DNA of 64,000 bases. Source: Haplodiscus bocki (taxonomy: Eukaryota). A program made the position numbers and the translations under genes. Shown here in pieces: positions 25,401-40,400 of this stretch (its first letter is position 1; each line of letters begins with the position of its first letter). Location of the stretch: assembly GCA_965655095.1 (NCBI GenBank), contig OZ296648.1, forward strand, positions 146,878,001 through 146,942,000, given 5' to 3'. Below the pieces are notes generated by a model. It made no database searches and was not told the origin of the DNA. It saw only the letters and a list, made by a program, of their open reading frames with translations.

Positions 25401-28400
25401 CGAGAAGTGCAGTTTCGCCTCTGTGTAAAAAAACCGAAAAAATCCAGCTTATTAAGATCGACGCGCGCTTTTTCTGTGGTATCGTTTACAACTGGCAACA
25501 GATGAGACGATGAGCAGTGTGGAGAACTTCGCTTGCATCTGGGCAAGAAGCTACCTTATGCCGTGGTGGTTAATGAATAGGGCCATATTCTCGGTCACTA
25601 CGAGAATTCGGTTTTGACTCCTACCTCGACCAAAGCTTCTTTCTTCGATTTTTTCTTGATCTTGACTTCGGCATCTCTCTTGAGAAAACGACCAAACTTT
25701 TTTCATAGGGAGAGATTGTACCAGATTCGAAGTTTTTATGCAAGTTCACTCCAAATTGTATATTTCTCAAATTTATCGGCCATTTTCCCCTAAATTTTGA
25801 ATTAGTACCAAAACTTCAAGTGATTCTAACACACCGTCCTGCAAACTTCGGTTTTTTAATGACTTTAAAACTCACATCGATAATTTCCGAAAAATTCGCT
25901 CCTTTCGGAACGCTTTTTTCAAGCATTAATGGGTCGCGCTGTTCCAATTTTCCAGAAAATTGGAGGAGTTTGATTTGGCAACTTTGGACAGCTCCAGCTC
26001 ACCTCTGTACTAGAATTGCTCAAGGAAGTGTTAAACACAGAAGCGAGGCGGAGCTCCGCAAAGCTGTCAACCCACGAGGATTCAATTTTTTATAACCTGA
26101 AACGAAACATTACTGCAGGTTCCACAGAAGATAAACATGTCGTTGCAAAATTGTGGCAAAAAGTAATTGAGACCCTCTTCAATGAAGCGACAATTTGGAG
26201 AAAAATGTAAAGTCCCGAGAACTTTTTGTGAAAATATTACAAAAAACTGCAAAAGAAAAGTCTCATATTTGCACCACCGCTGTTTTCAACCATAAAATTT
26301 TCATTTCATAACCCGACGTTTTTGAGAATACTCAAAGTCATAAATTGTCGGAATAATATGACACTGCGCTCACGATTCCAACGAACACGTGATCAAAATC
26401 TGGAAACACGTGATGAAAGTACCACAGTGCGAGTAATACGAGCAGCATTGCAATTGGCAGTCAACGCTGTTTTCAACAACACGACAAAACAAAAGCGGGT
26501 CGACCGTAATAAGCTGGCAATCGCCACCTTAATCACAGGCTTTTTTTTCCGATTTTTTCTGAGATTCTTATGTTCCGAGATTTCGCACATGGGCGTTGGC
26601 TTTGTTGAAAACATTTGTTCACGTGGCCTTACTTCAAATGTGTGTGTTTGCCAGTAAAGTATTTTTAGATACTGCACCGCAGTCGCATGCTCTACCAACT
26701 TAGCTATTGTCACTTTAGGAATTGAAAACTTTCTCAAGTATGAAATGTGCACTTTTCCTATTTACACTACCATTCCGTTGGCGCAAGTGTTGCTAGGCCC
26801 AGTTTCGCCTCTGTGTAAATTCTTTCCCTGTGATCAAACAAAACATGGCTAACGGTGTTGTTGAAACCAGGAATTGATGCAAGACTTGAAACGAGGTCTA
26901 GTAAGAGAGCCAAAATTTCTGTGGAAGATACTCCTCTCGTACGTCTAACTATTTTGTAAATGCCGCCTGCTTTTGCATCTGAGTGACAATCTCGCCCGTC
27001 TGCACCTGAAACAAATCACCGGGTATTAAATTTCACATAGTTAAATAGGCCACTTCCACCACTTGCCACGAAATGCAGGTCACAATTAGCTTAACTTTTA
27101 TACCTATGCTTCAACATTATAAGATACAAATGTTTGCTCAAAAAACTTAAAATACAATTTCGCCAAACTTATCGCAGCACCTTGTTGGGCTGACATAAGA
27201 CACCGCAATTAAAAGTACGAAGAGAATTTTGATAGAAACACACATGAAACCAAACTTAATTATTAATTCGACATTGATTTCTCATTTAAACAATGTATCA
27301 TAGATTGTGCCTTCTTTTCGCGAATTTCATTTAAAAACTGTTCATTACCGAAACTAATATCATCTCCATGCACTGTGTAATCCATTTTCAATCTTCTCAA
27401 ATCTTCCAGAGTGATACTGCAATACAAAAACAGGTGGGAAATATTGAAGGATGCTAAACGAGAGAAAGTAAAGTGGTCAACAGAAAAAAGTTGTTAGGCG
27501 GTAATCATCAGTTATCTTGGTTTATCTAGATTCAACATCGCGACTTCAGAGGTAAAATTTCTTAGAAAACTTTGCGCTCATTTGAAAGCCACCTCTCATT
27601 ATAATTTTGATTTTGCCTGAAATACGTCAAAGTCGGAAAATACGTAGTGGTACAATATTAATAATTTGGTACGATAAGTTACACGCTGTCTCTGAAACTA
27701 TCGAGATCAAATTGTTATTCAATTTCTCAAAATTTTTGGCATAAGCACATGTTTCACGAGGTAACTTTCTCGAAGAAACTTTCAAAAATCAGCACTTTTT
27801 ATTCAAAAAAGCTGCTGCATGCGGAGTCACAAAATTGATTTGGAAGACAAGAGAGCATCAATTATGCAAAGATCGCAAAATTAGCACTTTTTGCAAAGTT
27901 AAAAAATGCTAAAAACGACCTTTTTCAGCAAAATATACTAAGGTATAGACGCCACATTACGGAAATTTGCAAACCAATATACTCTCACCCACGTTTTTAG
28001 AACTTGTAACTTAAAATCAGAATTGCATGGCGAAAGAGCAAAAATTCTGCAAACATTGAAAAATAGCTATTTCTGGTTTATCTTAAGCCACTGAAAACCT
28101 CAGTAAAAACAGTTTGGAACTGTCTGAAGTATTCAGCTGTATTTGTACTTCTGTATCGTATTAGTGTGGCCTACTACCTAAAGAGTTGAGATGGAAGACA
28201 AAAAACAAAAATTCTGGAAAAAGCACAAAATTTGACAAATGTGGCCAACATGATAGCATTCGTTTAAACACCATTTGTTGACATTCTCAAACTTTGTTGA
28301 GAAGTTAAAAATTCTCAAACTTTGCGGAAATCCTCGAAATTTCACGTTTCGCATTGGCTCATGCTGGATGCGTAGTTGGAAAAGATGATTATTAAGGCAA

Positions 28401-31400
28401 AAGAGCAAATATTGCAGGAAAACACCGCAAATTTTAGATTTTGCAAATTAGAAGACACGAAATTTTGTGAGTTTTTTTCAAATCTCTTAAACTTTTTCGA
28501 ACACTTTGGTTTTAATTCCGTAGAATGCTTTGAGAAAAGTTGCTTTGGTAGAAAAACTTGTGAAAATTTGGGTCGGGAAAGCAAAATTTATTACTCAAAA
28601 TGAAAAACAGTCAAAATTTTAGTTGAAAGTCGTAAACGATGCAACAGTATAAATTTTCAGTATCACTTTGAAATAACGTCGAAAAAGTTGATAAACTGTT
28701 TGAACGATCGACGTGGAAAAACATGCAAAAAAATTATCAACGCAGAAAGCAGATTTGTCAATTTCAAAAACTACCGATTTTTTTTTACAAGGTTCCAAAA
28801 TTAAACAACAAAACAGTGTAAACAAACGCGAAAAAAAATTGACTCAGATGGGATTCGAGCCCGGTTGGTCGTGGTATTCAAGCACAAACGACCGTCCTCA
28901 TTAACTACGCCAAAAGCTACTTGATTTACCGGTTACAAGAGAAGTTCATCCCACTTCTCTACTCATCTTGTGAGAGTTGTGAATGTTACAAAAGAACGCA
29001 CGTTGATGGAATAAGCAGGCGGTTTCCATGCCCTAAAAGCTTCTTGACAAGCTTCCAGTTGATTTTTGCTCAATGTTTTTAGATCGGTAGTTTCAAAAAT
29101 AGTTCAATAACGGCAAATTTGGAGTACTACCGCTCCTATTGTAAACAAGAATGCGAAACAAGCTTCACTCAAATCCAGCAATCACAAGTTAATTTTGAGA
29201 AGACTCTAAGTTGACAACACAATCTTTGAGAACTTTTGAGAGCCGGCCGTCTTGTTCTACATTTTTCTATTGTGCTGGCATCTGTCGGCATCTTTTCCAG
29301 CCAACTTTAAGCTGATGTAGACGTAATTTTGCGTTGATTGAAACCGTATTTCTTCGTTCCGCTAATGAGATTTTAGCTTGAGAGAATAAAAAAGCAAGAT
29401 GTAATAAATATTCAAAAAAACCTGGTTGCCGTACCCATTAAAAATGATTAAGAATCGCTACAAACCAACCTGCGCTCTTGGTCTGTGAACAACTAACAAT
29501 TTCATTGGGTAGAGTGGGGTAGGACAGTAAACATACAAACAATTAACCAGACGTTACTAAATTGGTACAAAGAGCCAAAATTAGAAATGATACGTAGACC
29601 CACTGAAATCTGATTGGCTTTTGGCTAACCTGTATAAATAATCGGTTGGCAATGAATAGCCATTCTGGCGCATTTACTCAGGTAGTTCTCAATTGTGTGT
29701 CATCTCAATTTGCCCACACAATAAAAGCTCGACCACATTACTCAGTGTTGTACATTTTAAAAGGTCTTTTTTCATAATCAGGAAAAACAAAATTTTGAAG
29801 GCTTCCTTTAAAATGACATCATATTTTGAAAAGCAAATTCCAAAATCAACTCAATCAGCACACATTGCCAACGAAGTTTCGCGGAATTCACTGAAAGTTG
29901 ATTTTTTATTTTGGGTCGGAAATTGTGCTCTAGAAAAAGCTGTTTCAGCACTAGCAGGGTACGGCAGAATGCTCAATAGTAAATATTTGAGCGTTTGGAC
30001 TCAGTTTCGGATACGAACATAGTGTTTCATTTTTCTTGAAAAACGCGATAACGGACACAGACTCATCAACCATCAATTGAAGGCAGGGTTGGTGTTTTAA
30101 ACACTTTTAACGGAATTAAAGGAAAAAACATGTTTCAATTGAAAAAAAAAAACATGTTTTTATTGTTTTTTATTTTCTAAGTCAAAACAAGATGGATTTG
30201 ACCAATGTTTAATTACAAAATTACTGGTTTAGTTGCAGGTGCAAAATGCCAGTTTTCCAGCTTTTGCAACTATTCTTTGACCTTTAAAATGCCCTTTATT
30301 TCACGCGAGGAAATAAAATCTTTAGCAACCAGATTCGCTATATGGGCTTGACACCCATAAACGTGCATAATTGGGATGCCGGATTCTTTCTTTAACAGTT
30401 CCCTCATATGAGACATATTGGCTGCATTATCTATCCGACATAACGCATTGGATATCAATATCCCACTCGTCTTTACAACTCTTTATCTCAGCATTTACCA
30501 ATTCAAGAAAATATTCGGAAGTATGGGGCTTCCCCGCAAGCACAATCTTAAAGCAAGACAGTCCATAAATAACTGCCACAATTTGCCAGCAATTCAAACA
30601 ATGGACATTCATTAAATAGGGGAACACAAACAGCACACAGCTGTTGTCCGAGGGTTTTATTTACATAGCAATCATTCGCACGAGAAGCGTATTTCAAGGC
30701 TGGCAAGGCAGTGAATTCTCTATACACTGTTGTTCAAAAAAACACGAGTTTTTTTAAAATTGTTTTAAACATGTTTTTTATCGATGTGTTTAAAACGTCT
30801 TGTTTTAAACATACCAACCCAAATTGAAGGTTGGAACTTTTTGATCCGATTGTCGTGTGTTCCTACTATGAGTGTGTCAGACAGTAGGCATATCGTTTTC
30901 ACAAATGGCATCCATGATGTTCCACAGCTTTCCACCACCTGGTCAGGAATTGAAATGATGCCGCATTTCGGATTTTGTTCTTTTGACGACTTCGAATTCT
31001 ATTATTATTTTAACATTTGGTTCCAATTGTAGCCAGTAGCGAAAAGAGATATCAGTAGACAATTTTGTCAAATATGTTGATGACTTCATTGGGCTCTAGC
31101 GTTTTTAAAATTTCTGCGTGAAGTCTCTTTCATGATCCCTGGTACTTTGCAGGAAGTTGCATTTCTTGACACCTTTCATAATATAATTTATTGATTTCGG
31201 AAGTTTGAATAGGTGCAATGACGTAGTGGTTAAGCCCTAGGGAATAATGATCCAGTATTCAAGGTTCGATTCACGATAGCGTGAAATTTTCGAACTTTCA
31301 ATCATTTAAATGAATTTTAAGATTCATTTCTTTTATAGAAACTAATAAAAGATTAAGGCGGCTATTCACAAGCCCGAAAATAAATTTGGGTTGCACAAGT

Positions 31401-34400
31401 CCAAAAATAATTTTGGTAAATTAAAATGGTAATCAGTATTGAAACCGGTGCCTTAGGCACTGTCACATCGTCCGATCCGCTCTCTTCGAGGGCAGTATGC
31501 GTGCTCTCAATACGCTCCAGAATTGTTAGGTGGCGCCGTTGTAACAATTCGATATTTGAATTACTTGTCGCACTACGTCACATAAATGGTTATAAGATGC
31601 GCTCTCATTGTAAATTGCCTAAATTTGATTAGTTGATTCAAATTCAAAGCAAAAAATAACTTATTTGTGAACCGACACCAAGATTAAAGGATCCTTTAAA
31701 TGTACAACACTCACAATAGCAAAAATGCGTAAGTCAGCTGTACTTAAATAGGCTAACGTTACTCGTGGGATTCCCACTGTGTCGAGATGCCAAACCGACC
31801 CAAAATAATTTAGAAATCTCGCACAGCCGAATTTTTCGTAGCCAACAGAATTTGCGAGAAAAATTTAAGATGTGATCGCAATATTTGCAATCCCCCAACT
31901 AAATTACGCGATAACTTTTCAACGTCATCCCCAAATCAACTCATGGGTTGAAGAAAAACGAAACTTAATTTACATTTTGATATTTTTGAATTTATCGAAA
32001 ACTGCTCGCGTTTCCAAAACAGATAACGCCAGGGATTCCGCAAAATAAACAATTGCCATAAATAACTTATTTTTGTACATTTTCTTTCAAAAATTATTTA
32101 TCTAAGAAAAATTTTAATGCAATTTTCTTACGGGAGAAGATGCAGAAAAAATCTTTCGGATTTTATCCATAATTTTCAAAAAGGCCATTGAAACTTTATG
32201 ATAATAAGAACTTAATTGAACTATGAAGAGCATTTTGAAAGCTCAACTGATGAGAAAGACATTTTAGGGAAGGCAAAACCTAAATTGGAAATAAAATTGT
32301 GATACTTGGTGATATCTTTTTATCTTTGATAGGGTCGGAATTATTTTTCAAAATTTCAACTTTATCCAGGTGTTGCAATAATTTAATAACTTTAATTTTA
32401 AGGTCCATTATATGCTGTCGTATGTTCCATAATATTGAATTATTTTGCGGAGCCCCTGGATAATGCAACTCGAATGACCAACCCCCCCCCCCCCCCCCCA
32501 AAAAAAAAAAAAAAATTCATAAGGGAGGAGATTGGGAATATTAAGGTTTCAAGCACTGCAAAATTATGTCGACACCATTGCGAAATTAAATCACACAAAT
32601 TCAAAACTTAAGCAATGGGTATTCTACATGTGATTGCTCCGATGCCTATTGAAAAATCCCAACTCAGAAATGAATACTGACGAACTTAAATAGCTCACTC
32701 TAGTCGTCGTACCAATCACAACAAAGGGGGTAAGAAACTTGGCCCCCCTCCCGGATGATTAAATGATAATGGCAAAAGTATTTTCCAAGAAAATAAAAAA
32801 ATTGTTAGCTTGTTATAAAAATTTTTGCTATAATATGAATTAACAGGAAAATAATTCTGTTAATCTCTCATATTTTCTAGGGCTAAGAAAAAATTTTCAG
32901 AAAAATTACGTTTCTCGACCAACGAGCGGAATAATTTCGAATATTAGGCGCAAATTTTACATCGCCGTGGACCGGAGACCTCATAACAATAACTGATATT
33001 GTTGTAGTTAGAATTTCTGTTGTAATACTACCAGGCAGTTTGTTTGCTCAAAAAGATACTTTCCACCGGTACCCTTAAAACAGCTCCCCCACTTTTGGTT
33101 CAAATTTATACATTATTCGGTGTTACAACTGATTTGAAAATTCCTGTCGTTTGGTACTTCCTAGGAGGAAAAAAAGAGGAAATTCATTCGAAAATGTTCC
33201 AAATGGAGTCGGACTATGTTTCAAATGAAGTTGGACTACAGCAAGGAGTTTTTCGGTGCCCTGCTGATGCAAGAAATTACCATCGCGAATAACAAAGAAA
33301 TGTCATTCTCGCAATTCTCAAACTATTCTATATATCACAACAAAGGTTACTGGTTTCATTATTTGCAATGTATTTACTGCAAAATTAAAAAAAAATAGGA
33401 CTGTCAGCATAATTTGGTCAATCAACAGGGGAAAAAAGTGCACGAAAACTAGTGACCTCTAAAAAAATGTAGAAAATGGAATCGTGAATGGAACAAGACT
33501 GTAGGAGCTTCATCTTCCATTTTCATGGAAAGTGTTCAAGGCCTGGGAGGACAAGATTTAGCCTCCAGATTGGATAAAAGAACAATTTCGCGTGGAGAAC
33601 TTCCTCGCATTAAAAAAGAAATGACTTATGAAAAAATGACACGCGTCAAAAACTCTAATCTCGATGGCAACACTTTACTTCTGTGCACATATAATGGGAC
33701 AGTTGGTCAGAATTTTCAGAAAGTTGTAAATAGTACCAATTTTCACCTAATTTGGAGCCAATTTGAAATTCAATTTTCGTCATAATCGGTTTAATTTGCG
33801 TCACATTATGAATTCTGATTTGCGCTAATTTTTAACTTGAATTTTGATTGGCAGCAAATTTAATTTTGATTTGCTTTAATACTCAAATTTCCGTGGAATT
33901 TAATTGGGATTTTTTGATAAATTGGCTTTTCTGTTCATTGCCATTCTGTCAAACGCACGGTTGCATCTCATTACTCCGAAAATTTACTCACTAACAAGCG
34001 TACATTATGCAGTTGTGGGTCAGTATTATAACCAGTTTCCTTTGCACCTTCACATCGTTCGTTCCACTCGCTTTGAAAGTGGTATGCGTGTCCTTGCTTC
34101 GCTTCGTACTACTTACAAGGTATCGATCATCAAAAATTATGCCCCTTGCATATTGACTCTTAATCATTTTCATATTGCTCCAGAAACTACGTTATAATAA
34201 TTTATTGAAGCTTTAATGCAGTGACGATCTTTCGACACAGAACATTTATATTGGTTTTGACACTCAACGCAATTTTATAGCGCGAGTTGTGTGTGGTATC
34301 CAATGAATTTCAATTTAGGACAAATGAGACTAAAAATTCATTTTCGGAGTAATGACTTTTCAGACAAATGAGACGCCACCAAACGCACTACCTTCACTGG

Positions 34401-37400
34401 TGTGTGAGTTGATAGAGAATATGCGCTGAGTAGCAGTATCATTGCGCAGAAATTAACAAATTGAGACATCGAGCCGAAAAAAAAACGAAAACGGCTGAAT
34501 ACTCGAATCTAATTGGCTGTCGATGTAGTCGGAAAGTTGGACTAATCTCTATACTTGTAGAAAACAAAATCTTCTTTGGGTGTGCCTATTTGATTTATTA
34601 TTTTATAAATATTATAAACATTTTATATGGAAAGGGAAGCTATTAAATGCCCAGTCTTGTTCTTCTTTCAGACACGTTTTTACCAGTTTCGAATTCTCAC
34701 TTCTAATGAGAATTTGATCACTTCTGAAGAGAATTAATTCACTTCTTGTTCATAACTACGACCCACAGAATCATCTGAATGCAGTTTTAAGGCAAATTTA
34801 ATAATTTTTTGACAATTTTTGGTTTGAATTGCAATTTTTGTTAACATATGTTCCCTTATCTGTAAGGCGGAAAATGCCTCGCAGTTTGCCTGGCGTCAAC
34901 TTCATTATTCGTCTGCCATTTTCAACTCTTTTTAAAGACGGAGAACACAAATTATTTTACTTATACTACAACTTAAGCGACCGTTATATCACAGGAGTTA
35001 TTATATATTATTAGACAACACGAAATATGAGATTCTTTTGGAAGTTGAACATCTAGATTTCTAGATTACTTTCAGGGCTTTTCAATAAATAATCTTTTGA
35101 AAAATATTTGCAATATTTTCCATACAATAATTTATTTTAACCATAAAAGTGTGGCAATAATTTATTTTTCATCCTTGCAGAAACCAATTATCTTTCACAA
35201 AAACATTATGGATCAATTTTTTTCATTTCCGTGCTCGCGATGATTGCTTGAATTGAGCGAATTTCCAAAACTGTGTTTCTGCTACATCACCCGTCTATGT
35301 CAGCCTTTCATTTAGATTTTGTTTCGTTTTTAAACATCAATGCTAGTCATCACTCTTTTCGATCAATTTGATAACTCTAGAGAGTGCGCTAGTTTTTAAC
35401 TTCCATTTGTTTTAGAAAATGATATAAAGATTTGCGATAACCTATTTTCAGACATAGTTGCATTACAATAATTTATTGTTTCTTTGGATTAAATTCCAAC
35501 AATTCAGTTTTGCTTGCATTGGAATTATATTCTGAACAGCCCTGATTACATTCATACGAAACCTGCATACATTCCAAAATACAAATTATCAAGTAGTTGA
35601 AAGTTTTAAAGAAGAATGCCAACTTCACGTCAACTTTATGATAAATTTTAAAAAAATGATAAACTTATTAAAAACATACAATCATTCAGAGAAAATTTAA
35701 ATCAAGCCGAATCCACTCGAAAGTGAATGGAATCATGCACCGGCCACTATAAATTCAATTAAAGCATGGCAAATAAAGCAGAAAAACTCAGTGGAAGATT
35801 AGGAAATTCACCTGATGATAAGTGTACGAAGTTCCAGCACAGAATCACGGAAGGCTCTCACCTGGGAAGTGTGAACAACTTTTTAAAATTACCAAGTTCA
35901 TTTTCAAGCAGTGCGTGATTACAAACTGAAGCGAGTTTCCTGCTGAATTGAAAAACATGACTTTTTTTAACTTTCATGTCTTCTGTTGACGAAAATAAAA
36001 ATTCATCCGAACAAAAGTCGACACTACTCAGTAAAATAGGTGTGTATGGCCAGAATATGAAGTCCTTCTAAAATAATCATGACCGGTTGACTGTAGAAAT
36101 TCATTGTTTACAAACAAAAGCATCCATAGTTTGTTTAACTGAAACGTGGTTCTCAGATAATGATCCAATTTCTTTTTATAGCATCCCGAATTACCAAGAA
36201 ATTGTTTCCAAAGCGAGAGCCAGCTATAAACGTGGAAGAGGAGTTGCCATATACATCCTTGAAGATCTTGATTTCAAAGTAGTTGATTTCTATAGGACTT
36301 TGGAAAGCCTCATCGTGAACGTTGGAAGAAGCAATTCCGCAGAAGTTCTTGCGTCGTGTATATGCCTCCAACACTGAAGTTATCTGAGTTTCTGCAAGCA
36401 CTTGAAGATCTCCTGCTCTTTCTTCACTTTCTCATCTGTATATGTCATTTTTGCGGATTTCATCATCATTTTGAATCACTCTGATAAACGAAATAGTACA
36501 TTGCCTTGATTCATAGCTTCGGTTGTTCTATACTGAATATTGAACCTACAAGATTGACAAATCAAGTCACACCTGCATTGATCACATCATATGCTCGCAG
36601 AGTCCTCTGGTCCAAACAATCAAATCAAATCCGACAGATCATTATGCCCTATCAACGACATTCAATTTTAGCTTTTTTGTTAATCCTGTTAAATCTCTTC
36701 ACTAGGAATCTGAAAAATTCAGAAGAAAATGCTTTTAAATTTTCGTTTCCGCTGGATCAAAAATTGAAACTATTGCCACGTGAATTAACACCAAATGATC
36801 ATTTCAGTGCAATTGCTATTACTATTAAGCAATGTCTCGATCGCTTTGCAGCACAAAAAGTGATAAAAAGAAAAGCTCAACTTGAATTACTAATTCACTT
36901 AGGAACCAAATTATGAGAAGGCATCAGCTGTTTCAAAATGGATTGACAATCCCAAGGATGGACATATAATTGCATAAACGTCAAACAGGAATAAAGTTAC
37001 CGCATTGATCAAGAAACAGGATATCACAATATCACTAAAATAGCCAAAAACCCAACCATTAAGCAATTTTATCAGTCACTCAAATCAATGAAATCTATGT
37101 CTCCAAAATCCAACAATCCAGCCGAAGAAATGAATCAATTTTCCACATCTATAGGTCAATCTCTTTCGAGTAGTTTTTCTAGAAAAAATCAAGCCACAGC
37201 AAGTTTCCGATATCCAAATTCTATGGTCTTACAGAAAACAGGTTGCAATGAAGTTAAGTGAAAATTCAATAAAATGAAAAACAGAAAGTCAACTGATCAT
37301 GATGGCATTCGGAACAAAATTCTAAAGCTTTGTTCTCCGATCATCGAGGGGTATTTAGTGGATGCAGTCAATAAAGCAATTGAAACACAATGTTTTCCGA

Positions 37401-40400
37401 AAAACCTGAAAGAGGCTAAAGTAATTGCGCTTTCCAAAGAAGGTGATACATCATCACCTGAGAGTTATCGTCCGATAAGTCTTCTGAGTGCAATGAGCAA
37501 AGTTTTTGAAAAAATTCTTTACACAAGGAAGAGAAAGTTTTTCAGCCAAACTAACCTTTTTGCGGATAATCAGTTTGGCTTTCGAAACCAATATTCATGT
37601 TTACACGGAACTGCTCAAACATCACAATTTTTGAGCGAATGGTACGACCTGCGAAGCGAAGGATATGCTTGTTTCAATGACATTAAAAAAGCATTTGATA
37701 CAATTGACCTCTCAATTCTCTTGTCAAAGTTGGAATCCTGCGGCTTTCGTGCACCTGTGTTGCACTTGAGGAAAGACTACTTGACGGATCGCTTCCAGTT
37801 TGTTTCTAGAAAAGATAAGATGAACAAACTAATAAAGAACTTTAACACCAATGCAAGACCGTATGAACTAATTTTGTCAGTTTGAATTTATCAGCAATTG
37901 AGTTTGGGCCGGACGGGAGAAACGTCTAACGTAAATGCAAGAGTACCACAGAGGAATAGCTACGCCTCGGAACACTTGGAAAACTTTCGAATTGTTTTCC
38001 AGCCGACAGTTGAGACAACATATTTTGCGATATAAAGGCTATACACAGAGTCGACGCGGCGCTTCGCAACACGTGTCACAACGGAAAACTAGAACAAATA
38101 GAACAAGTATGTTTTCCCCACGGAACATCCAAAACCACTGAATAAGCAGAAAAACAAGAAACTAAGTTATTTCGTATACACTTATAAAAAGATATTAAGC
38201 CGGAACTTCTACGGCCGATAATTTTTTATATTTATAAAACAATAGTGCGAGCAGGGGAACAGGCCACGTGAAGTTATTTTTACAACTGCGCGAAAGCGCA
38301 TGAACAATTTATAGCAACGAAGTGAGAGCACATGAACAAAAACTAGGCAACAATAGCAAGTAGGCACAAATGTGAGTGATGAACGGTTCGGGAAAAAATC
38401 AGAAGCTTGTGGTGAAACGCTTCATCGCGCAAGTATAATCAGTACTATTAACAGTAAGGGGATTCTCAAAATCCCAAGTCACTGGCAAGCAAAAACAAAA
38501 ACAACTTCTTTTGTCAACTGAGCTCCCTCTTATTCTCTGATCGATGGTGGCGCAAGGATCCTAACCAGACCCATGGTTTCGGAGAACGGCATATTTGCTA
38601 AAGTTCACAAGTTGAAATTACTTTGATTTTCTAATTACAAGTTACCATGCATAAAAAATTCTCGGAAAGTAGTTTCTGCTAATTTGAGGAGCTCTTAGAC
38701 AAAGATGAGCCAATTCACTGCTTGATAGAAACAATTTTAACAGTAGTCTCTCAGAAAAACACTTTTTTAACGACGCAAGATAAAATTTAATCCAGTGTCA
38801 AGTCAGAAACAAAAGGATTTTCTTTTGAAAACCTTCAAATTAACACATATGACTTTCGACGGAGCTTCATCATAACGTTTTGTTAAAATATTTCAAAGTA
38901 CCACTTTATGGACTCAGTCCGATCAAGAGTTTACAAGAGAGACACTTTGACGAACGATCCCACCGTTGAGATCTTGAAAAATCAAATTCCAAGTAAAGAC
39001 TATTTCGAACAAGAGAATAGAATTGACTTCGCCTGATAATTGGCAAAAGAACTAAGGCAATTGTAAATTCGCAGTGTCAGTAGGGGGACGCAATCCGACA
39101 ATCCGATCATAAGTAAAAGAGAAAAAAAAGTATTCAATAACGACACAATTGAAAACTAATTGGATTTTTCAAAAACAAGTTGAAAAAGATCAGCATAAAA
39201 TACGACGCTCTTTATTGCTCCTCATTGGCCACTTTCGGGCCTAATTAGTCCTGCACCAACCCAATGTAACCCAGCAAAGAACATCTTTGACCAACTACGC
39301 AAAAAATATCTGATTATTCAATTGAAAGCGAAGGCACGTCGCAATAGGACGAGGAATTGGACCTCATCTACTAGTCAAAAGAAACATGAGGGACTGTGAT
39401 GGTGAATTGGCCTTGAATAGAGTCAACCCGAGTACTAGAAAACCGAAGTAGAAAAGTTTTAACGGAAGATGACAGTATAAACATCATTGATTTTTCAACA
39501 GCAAGTAGAGATAACTCGAATTAAAAACGTGAAATAGGCCACCTCAGACCCTTGTCGGAAACAACAGGCGGGATTCGAGGAGTTTTGAATTGACAGTAGA
39601 GATATTTTCAGTAGAAACAGGAAAGATGCACCTCACGTCTTTGGCATAAGCTCCAAGTACCGGATAATTGACTCACGTCCAGACGGACGCAATCCGACCA
39701 CTAGAAATTAAAAAAAACCTGTCTGGAAGATTCAAATGAAAGGATATTTCCCTTTCCCATTCGATTAAAAATTTCTCTTTTTGAAAATCATTGCCAGAAA
39801 AAACGGATTTTAAGTTTTGGTTTTCTGAGACTGCGCCGGGCTCATGTCTCAAGACTGACTTTGGTAATTTCTACGCAATGATGCGATTGGTGGAAATATT
39901 AATCAAAGTACTATTGGAACTCAACTGTATACCCATCTAGCTTAAGAAGACACTTGTTTACATTAGCATTTTCCCGCGCTGTACAGACAAACAAGCAGGA
40001 GAACCGGAACACTTAGCAAAATCGTACCGGACGGAAAAACATACGGCGACAGTACAACAAATGCTTCGCCCGAGTCGCAAACAAATCAAAGCTGCACTTC
40101 GCGTAAATGCGAGACAGTAAAAGCGATTGCAAGGAAAGAGTTGAGTCGTCTTTGGCTCTGCTGGTTACATCAAAACTAACAAAAGCGGAAAACTTTGAAA
40201 AAGCTGACAGGTGATTTCAGAAAAAAACCGTTATTTGAATGAGAACTTCTGCTACTTGTATGAGATTTCCTCCCTATCATTTGATCAATGCAGGTACCAA
40301 TGGCTGTAGTTCCAACAACGGCTTCCGAGAGGATCGTGTTTGACGAAACATTTAAAAAGTGATTGATTCAACAACTACAATCTGAAACATCACAAAGAGT

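Noticed and set aside
1089-31282. Functional tRNA genes
   Set aside because: All tRNA-like pieces have broken acceptor or anticodon stems, so they are treated as derived repeats.
32482-32515. C18-A16 homopolymer pair as a retrocopy tail
   Set aside because: No TSD or upstream element could be matched.
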